Source: a virus (taxonomy: Duplodnaviria; Heunggongvirae; Uroviricota; Caudoviricetes). Taken from it: 12,662 nucleotides of DNA. Where the stretch lies: the IMG/VR virus record IMGVR_UViG_3300000290_000191, one strand, 5' to 3'. The position numbers and the translations under genes are program-made. The notes under the pieces are model-generated. The model worked only from the letters and a program-made list of their open reading frames with translations, did not search any database and was not told the DNA's origin. This document shows, piece by piece, positions 8,170-12,662 of the stretch (positions are counted from its first letter, which is position 1; each line of letters begins with the position of its first letter).

Positions 8170-8433
8170 TTACGCAGCTGAACCGCTAACTTTTGAATAG
8201 CACTCAGGTAATCCATCATTTGGATTGGGGTAAATATCAGGACGCAGTTCATGAGGGGTCACGGACCAGTTTCCCAACTCACAAAGTTGTAAAACCCGTT
8301 CTGACGGGACTTGATTGTTAATTACCCAATTAGCGACGGATTGAGTGGACTTAAAACCAAAGTGACGGGCTACTTCAGATAAAGATTTTCCCGCAGCTTT
8401 TACTGCTTTCTCTGTGTAGTTTTGAGATGACAT
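8170..8433 (-). CDS. Cro-like small HTH regulator (YdaS-type)
   Basis: 87-aa product with HTH-like GKSLSEVARHFGFKSTQSVANWVINNQ; divergent from the cI-like repressor across an operator-rich spacer; AGGAGA RBS 5 nt upstream of ATG 8433. Confidence 0.7.
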   Translation of the reverse strand: MSSQNYTEKAVKAAGKSLSEVARHFGFKSTQSVANWVINNQVPSERVLQLCELGNWSVTPHELRPDIYPNPNDGLPECYSKVSGSAA

Positions 8434-8441
8434 ACCTTTCT

Positions 8442-8502
8442 CCTCTGAAATTCAGAGGGATGATGCTACTTAAAATAGCAGAATGCAACTACTTAAAATA
8501 GA
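8442..8502. promoter_or_regulatory. OR-like divergent promoter/operator region between cro-like and cI-like genes
   Basis: Perfect 17-bp palindrome CCTCTGAA-A-TTCAGAGG (8442-8458) overlapping the cro RBS, plus two related near-palindromes GCTACTTAAAATAGC (8465-8479) and ACTACTTAAAATAGA (8488-8502) spaced 23 bp apart. Confidence 0.5.
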
Positions 8503-9244
8503 AATGACTAGCGTATGTGATGCGAGTAACCTTCTACCTATGGTAGAAGAACAGAAGTATCCAGATTTCGCCAAGAGACTAAACGAGCTAATGACAAACA
8601 AGGGAATTTCTGTCACCCAACTCAAAAGTCTTGTGGGCGTTACATATGAAATGGCGCGGCGATACACAATCGGCGCTGCGAAGCCTCGTGCCTCTGTCAT
8701 GAATAAACTTGCATTGGCTCTGGGGGTATCAGCTTCATATTTAGAATATGGTGTTGGCGAGAGAGAAGGATGTAAGGAAATGGCAAGCATCCCCAATCCA
8801 ACAAAACCCGATGTATACAGGATAGAAGTTTTGGATCTTAGCGTTAGCGCAGGACCTGGAACCTATATGCTTTCAGACTATGTTGATGTGCTCTACGCCA
8901 TTGAGTTCACAACAGAGCATGCCCGTTCTCTTTTCGGTAATCGTTCTCAAGATGATATTAAAGTTATGACTGTAAATGGCGACAGCATGTCCCCTACTCT
9001 AGTTTCCGGAGATCGACTGTTTGTCGACATTTCTGTTCGCAACTTCCAAACTGATGGTGTTTACTCTTTCGTTTATGGTAAGACGTTCCACGTTAAACGT
9101 CTACAAATGCAAGGCAACAAACTCGCCGTTCTTTCGGATAATCCAGCCTATGAGAAATGGTACATTGATGAGAAGTCCCAAGATCAACTTTATGTTATGG
9201 GCAAAGCATTGATACACGAATCAATTAAATACAACCGGCTTTAG
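8483..9244 (+). CDS. cI: CI-like prophage repressor: N-terminal HTH and C-terminal S24 (LexA-like) autopeptidase domain
   Basis: HTH-like LNELMTNKGISVTQLKSLVGVTYEMARRY; Ala-Gly candidate cleavage site in SVSAGPG; Ser nucleophile motif GDSMSP and Lys in HVKRL; start uncertain (8483, 8504 or 8540; none has a clear SD, consistent with a leaderless PRM-type transcript). Confidence 0.9.
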   Translation: MQLLKIEMTSVCDASNLLPMVEEQKYPDFAKRLNELMTNKGISVTQLKSLVGVTYEMARRYTIGAAKPRASVMNKLALALGVSASYLEYGVGEREGCKEMASIPNPTKPDVYRIEVLDLSVSAGPGTYMLSDYVDVLYAIEFTTEHARSLFGNRSQDDIKVMTVNGDSMSPTLVSGDRLFVDISVRNFQTDGVYSFVYGKTFHVKRLQMQGNKLAVLSDNPAYEKWYIDEKSQDQLYVMGKALIHESIKYNRL

Positions 9245-9414
9245 TTCTTCGTTTAGACTATAGAACTAAAGGTGAAAAAATAATATTTATCAAGCAAGTG
9301 CTATTACTAATAGTTGTTTTACTCTCTTATTTTTATTAAACATTATCATTAACAATATAAAATAATCACCCAGCGTAAATTACAATATGCTGGGGGTCGA
9401 AAGGATAGAGAAAT

Positions 9415-10491
9415 ATGACAAAATCAATTTGTTTTTTTAATCATAAAGGTGGGGTAAGTAAAACCACAACAACCTTCAATCTTGGATGGGCACTTGCGGA
9501 TGAAGGCAAGAAAGTATTGATGGTTGACCTTGATTCGCAATGTAATCTAACAGGAATGGTTCTTGGCTATGAAAAGATTGATGAGGGTTTAGATTCTTTT
9601 TATTCTAGCAGAGATAACTTAACTCTTGGACCTATTGTAGAATATTTGATTAATGGCGGACAACCTGAAGCATACCTTGAAAAAGAAACGGGAAAATTAC
9701 ACCCTACACTGCATGAAAACCTTCTGCTTCTTCCCGGACATTTAGATGTTTCGGACTTAGATTCACAGATAAGTGTTTCTCTAAAAATTGCTGCTGGTAT
9801 TCCTGCTACAAGAAATATACCAGGGAACCTGCCAAAAATATTACAGCTAATCGCCATGAAGAATAATATTGATTACATTCTTTATGATCTCAGCCCTAAT
9901 GTTGGAGGTTTAAATGAAGTAGTTCTCATGTCAAGTGACTATTTTATCGTACCTGTAGCTCCAGACTTTTTTTGCTGGCAAGCAATTCGCTCTCTCTCAA
10001 AAAATATACCTCGCTGGCACAAAGAATTAGCATTATTTAAAGAAAATAATGATGGTAACTCTTCACAATCAATTAAAAATGCACCGCAGTTTCTAGGTAT
10101 GATTCAGCAGAGATACAGGCCGCGTAAAGGAGCACCTGTAAAATCTTTCGAAAAATGGATGGCAGCTATCCGTGATGCTGTTGATTCGATCTTAGTGCCA
10201 AATCTAGAAAAAATTACCTGCATAATTCCACGAGATAAAGTGCAACATGCAATTAACAAAACAACAGTCAGTGGAGATTTATCAGCCTATGATCTTGCGC
10301 ATATTTCCGATTTCAACTCATTAATCGCAATAAGCCAACAACTAGCGACACCTGTTTTCTCCATCAGTGATCAGCAAATTCGCGATTCAGGGCAATTTGG
10401 GCATGCCTTAAATACAATGAAATCAAGCAGAGACGCCTTTAACGAACAATTTAAAGGGCTGGCTCAACGAGTTCTAGAACTTACAAAGTAA
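9415..10491 (+). CDS. Orphan ParA/MinD-family deviant Walker-A ATPase (358 aa) in the cI-downstream moron slot
   Basis: Deviant Walker A KGGVSKTT at residues 11-18, A-prime motif MVDLDSQCN, Walker B DYILYDLSP, and C-terminal region typical of ParA; no ParB-like gene or obvious centromere repeats adjacent; AT-rich relative to the phage backbone. Confidence 0.85.
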   Translation: MTKSICFFNHKGGVSKTTTTFNLGWALADEGKKVLMVDLDSQCNLTGMVLGYEKIDEGLDSFYSSRDNLTLGPIVEYLINGGQPEAYLEKETGKLHPTLHENLLLLPGHLDVSDLDSQISVSLKIAAGIPATRNIPGNLPKILQLIAMKNNIDYILYDLSPNVGGLNEVVLMSSDYFIVPVAPDFFCWQAIRSLSKNIPRWHKELALFKENNDGNSSQSIKNAPQFLGMIQQRYRPRKGAPVKSFEKWMAAIRDAVDSILVPNLEKITCIIPRDKVQHAINKTTVSGDLSAYDLAHISDFNSLIAISQQLATPVFSISDQQIRDSGQFGHALNTMKSSRDAFNEQFKGLAQRVLELTK

Positions 10492-10498
10492 TGCATGT

Positions 10499-10530
10499 GC
10501 CCGGCCGCATAACCGGGCTTTACTCTTCTT
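10499..10530 (+). terminator. Candidate intrinsic terminator after the ParA-like gene
   Basis: GCCCGG(10499-10504)/CCGGGC(10513-10518) stem with 8-nt loop followed by T-rich tract tttactcttctttc. Confidence 0.45.
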
Positions 10531-10686
10531 TCTCCCTGATTAATCTCATAAAAAACTCCCTCCTCATAATTCACTATGCTCAATACCTACTCCAACTTCG
10601 TGCGATATTTTCAGTTTACAGCATAGTAAATCAGCAAAAACATTTAACTTTCAATTAATTATAGAAAAATCATAGACAACAACAAA

Positions 10687-10736
10687 TATCTACTTTTTGT
10701 TGTTGATTTTTGCTACTTTAAGTAGCAACATAATGT
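10687..10736 (+). promoter_or_regulatory. OL/PL-like operator-promoter candidate
   Basis: Perfect 15-bp palindrome GCTACTT-T-AAGTAGC (10712-10726), one mismatch from the OR site at 8465-8479, plus half-site TCTACTT (10689-10695) and a 10-bp inverted repeat CAACAACAAA/TTTGTTGTTG; -10-like CATAAT at 10729-10734; lies 2.2 kb from OR, bracketing cI and the ParA-like gene. Confidence 0.4.
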
Positions 10737-10817
10737 AAGCTATCACGGACAGGCAGGACGCCCACGAAGTAGCCGCCGGTGGCGTATGAATGACCGGATG
10801 ATTCGTTAGCAACAAAA

Positions 10818-10851
10818 AAGCGCCCTACAGGACGCTTAGCTCTTTAACAAT
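10818..10851 (+). promoter_or_regulatory. boxA-like antitermination element preceded by a short hairpin
   Basis: GCTCTTTAACAAT at 10839-10851 matches the rrn/nut boxA core GCTCTTTAACAA exactly; hairpin AAGCG/CGCTT (10818-10837) immediately upstream; 31 nt before ORF 10882. Confidence 0.4.
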
Positions 10852-10881
10852 CTTAGTATCCCCGTAACAAAAGAGGGTTCT

Positions 10882-11175
10882 ATGGTCATATTCTGTGCTT
10901 ACGTTCATCCTAATGGATTTTTTATCAGCACCAACCAACAAGACGAATTCTGGATTCTACTTAGTAAGCAGGTCGGATGGGGACGATTCTGTCTAATCCG
11001 ACCAGAATCAGAATTTACAGAGAATGGAGGGCTTTTTGAATTACGTGAAATACGTCCGGCAGATGGTCAAGCCCCTGACCAAGTAATCGAATCGTCAGCT
11101 GTTTTATGGCGTCGGCAGGAAGCGTTCGAAGCTGAGAGAGTAATTTCTTCTTATCTTCAGTCGTGGCAGAAGTAG
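10882..11175 (+). CDS. Hypothetical 97-aa protein, first ORF downstream of the PL-like/boxA region (not N-like in sequence)
   Basis: ORF with AGAGGG RBS 4 nt upstream; product lacks an arginine-rich motif; overlaps an antisense ORF (11015-11233), so the coding strand is unresolved. Confidence 0.38.
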   Translation: MVIFCAYVHPNGFFISTNQQDEFWILLSKQVGWGRFCLIRPESEFTENGGLFELREIRPADGQAPDQVIESSAVLWRRQEAFEAERVISSYLQSWQK

Positions 11176-11276
11176 AACTATTGATGATACGTTCAAGTTC
11201 ACAGAGAGTCTCATCATGCAATCTTATTGTCATAATCCCAAGAATAGCTTTAAGACCTCCATCATCACGAATGAAA

Positions 11277-11600
11277 TCAATTNNNNNNNNNNNNNNNNNN
11301 NNNNNNNNNNNNNNNNNNNNNNNNNNNNNNNNNNNNNNNNNNNNNNNNNNNNNNNNNNNNNNNNNNNNNNNNNNNNNNNNNNNNTTCAGGAATATTTATA
11401 TTTATGCCATCCAAGTAATAATCAAGAGCATTCTTAATCAAGCCATGTTCTTCGAGATAAATTAAGTTCGAAATTAGGACATTATCATCTCCAAATGCGT
11501 CACGAACAGACTGCAACGCATCATCAGAAATTTCATAAGGATGAGCATCATACAGTATTTGTAACAACTGCCTTTGTGCACTTCTATCAAATTTGTCCAT
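11277..11600 (-). CDS. Small hypothetical protein with winged-helix-like N-terminal region (DUF2513-like pattern), interrupted by N-run 11283-11384
   Basis: N-terminus MDKFDRSAQRQLLQILYDAHPYEISDDALQSVRDAFGDDNVLISNLIYLEEHGLIKNALDYYL has the L-x-x-L-x-E-x-G-L-I pattern of small wHTH proteins; GGTGA RBS 9 nt upstream of ATG 11600; the 3' end depends on the true gap length and may instead continue in the frame of ORF 11015-11233. Confidence 0.45.
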   Translation of the reverse strand: MDKFDRSAQRQLLQILYDAHPYEISDDALQSVRDAFGDDNVLISNLIYLEEHGLIKNALDYYLDGININIPEXXXXXXXXXXXXXXXXXXXXXXXXXXXXXXXXXXN

Positions 11601-11689
11601 CTTAAATAATCACCATGTTATTGGGGGTATCAAGATTAACCGAATCCTTGTTGTTGGGGAATAACCAGGTCCACCTCGCCTGATGTGGC

Positions 11690-12050
11690 TAAAAGCAGGC
11701 ACATAACAGCTAAGTATTTTCAACCAGAGAGAATCCTTAGCGTTGTGGTGAATGCGGCTCAGCGCACGCGGGTTAAGGTTGAGGCTGACAGTCGACCTTC
11801 TGTGGATACCCACCCGCCTGGTGTGCAACCTTCGCCAGGCACCGGGAGGCACCCGGCACCACAACAGCCACTGCTTTGGCGGTACCAGTTTGTACACTTG
11901 CTTCCGGCTGGCACCGCTCTTTTTACAAAACAGAGAAGAGCATCACCGGACGACGGGCTCATAACCCAATCCATCCGGGCGGCTGCCACCGCAGGTGTTC
12001 TTCTCTGTTTTGTGGAGAAACTAACCGACCTTGCAGGGTCGATATGATGA
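11690..12050. other. GC-rich (about 60 percent) structured noncoding island with boxA-like element and a 15-bp perfect inverted repeat
   Basis: Open in multiple frames on both strands but no translation looks protein-like; boxA-like GCTCTTTTTACAAAA (11916-11930); inverted repeat ACAAAACAGAGAAGA (11925-11939) / TCTTCTCTGTTTTGT (11999-13) flanking a 59-nt GC-rich loop; adjacent hairpins GCCTGG/CCAGGC and CCGGG/CCCGG. Confidence 0.35.
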
Positions 12051-12061
12051 GGAGCAGCAAA

Positions 12062-12424
12062 ATGGCTAGTGAACGCAGTACTGATGTGCAGGCATTTATC
12101 GGGGAGCTGGACGGCGGCGTATTTGAAACCAAAATCGGCGCAGTTCTAAGTGAAGTCGCTTCCGGTGTGATGAACACGAAAACCAAAGGGAAGGTCTCAC
12201 TCAATCTGGAAATCGAACCGTTTGATGAGAACCGTGTGAAAATCAAACACAAACTCTCATATGTTCGCCCAACTAACCGCGGGAAAATTTCCGAAGAAGA
12301 CACCACCGAAACGCCGATGTATGTCAATCGCGGTGGTCGCCTGACTATTCTGCAGGAAGACCAGGGACAATTACTGACTCTTGCCGGTGAACCTGACGGA
12401 AAACTCCGCGCAGCTGGTCGTTAA
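12062..12424 (+). CDS. Hypothetical phage early-region protein (120 aa), possibly YfdP-like
   Basis: Strong RBS GAGGAG 7 nt upstream of ATG 12062; protein-like composition MASERSTDVQAFIGELDGGVFETKIGAVLSEVASGVMNTKTKGKVSLNLEIEPFDENRVKIKH...; family assignment from memory only. Confidence 0.7.
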   Translation: MASERSTDVQAFIGELDGGVFETKIGAVLSEVASGVMNTKTKGKVSLNLEIEPFDENRVKIKHKLSYVRPTNRGKISEEDTTETPMYVNRGGRLTILQEDQGQLLTLAGEPDGKLRAAGR

Positions 12425-12489
12425 TATCGTTTTTAATAAACTGATTATTTATCTCATCACTGAATATCTTTATATAGTGAGGACTTATT

Positions 12490-12662
12490 ATGTCTCAGAA
12501 CTTAGACGCAACCGCAATTAATCAAATCCATGCCCTTATTTCTGCTCAGGGTGTTAATGAAATTATCAGTAAGATTGGTGCCGATGCTGTGGCATTGCCT
12601 GAGAATTTCCGCATTCATGATCTGGAAAAATTTAATTTAAATCGCTTCCGTTTCCGTGGTGC
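12490..12662 (+). CDS. Hypothetical phage protein, 5' partial (runs off the window end)
   Basis: GAGGA RBS 7 nt upstream of ATG 12490; open to the end of the window; [57 protein letters not shown]. Confidence 0.6.

Noticed and set aside
820-8252. Track-reported start codons at 820 (bor), 4952 (Q), 6860 (KilA-N) and 8252 (cII-like)
   Set aside because: Each has a downstream start with a better Shine-Dalgarno and agreement with family N-termini (868, 4937, 6827 and 8141)
8470-9857. ORFs 8470-8796 (-), 9021-9212 (+) and 9600-9857 (-)
   Set aside because: Lie inside or antisense to the CI-like repressor and ParA-like ATPase genes, which have clear domain signatures
11015-11233. Minus-strand 72-aa ORF, possibly the C-terminal half of the winged-helix-like gene
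   Set aside because: Not called as a separate feature: it is in a different frame from the 11385-11600 segment if the N-run length is exact, and it overlaps the plus-strand 97-aa ORF; cannot be resolved without the masked sequence, so it is mentioned under findings instead
11610-12047. Multiple overlapping ORFs in the GC-rich island (11610-11897 -, 11685-12047 +, 11752-11964 +, 11759-11989 -) and the 5' extension of ORF 11876-12424
   Set aside because: Open frames are expected in GC-rich DNA; translations are Arg/Pro/Gly-rich and not protein-like; the downstream gene has a strong RBS at its internal ATG 12062
11690-12050. Retron msr/msd, tRNA or IS-end interpretation of the GC-rich island
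   Set aside because: No reverse transcriptase gene adjacent, no tRNA cloverleaf or T-loop consensus seen, no terminal inverted repeats with a transposase; left as an unexplained structured region
1-12662. CRISPR array, integrase/att site, toxin-antitoxin of hok/sok or relBE type
   Set aside because: No regularly spaced direct repeats, no tyrosine recombinase-like ORF, and no small ORFs with those signatures were seen in the window

Overview
This 12.66-kb window is a segment of a lambdoid (DLP12 / phage-21-like) prophage from an enterobacterial, E. coli-like genome, and it looks defective. All calls rest on reading the six-frame translations and the DNA by eye against remembered protein families; no search was run. 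Order along the + strand: two small ORFs with a perfect Fur-box-like palindrome; bor lipoprotein (+); the lysis cassette on the minus strand (pinholin S, SAR endolysin R, Rz/Rz1); an OmpC/NmpC-family porin moron (+) lying antisense between Q and the lysis genes; Q antiterminator (-); DUF968/HNH-motif and KilA-N genes (-); a RusA-like resolvase with an anomalous HTH-like N-terminus and a frameshifted gene (-); the immunity region with CII-like and Cro-like genes (-) and a CI-like HTH+S24 repressor (+) around dyad-symmetric operators; then an AT-rich accessory island in the slot lambda uses for rexAB. That island carries an orphan ParA/MinD-like ATPase, a 97-aa ORF and a small winged-helix-like gene, followed by a GC-rich structured noncoding island and early-left hypothetical genes. 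No O/P-like replication genes, integrase, tRNA, CRISPR array or IS element is visible. Six N-runs interrupt bor, R, the porin (twice), the KilA-N gene and the winged-helix-like gene; in R and the porin their lengths do not preserve reading frame, so they cannot be treated as exact-length. The best candidate for an undescribed function is the orphan ParA-like ATPase island immediately downstream of cI, bracketed by repressor-operator-like palindromes.
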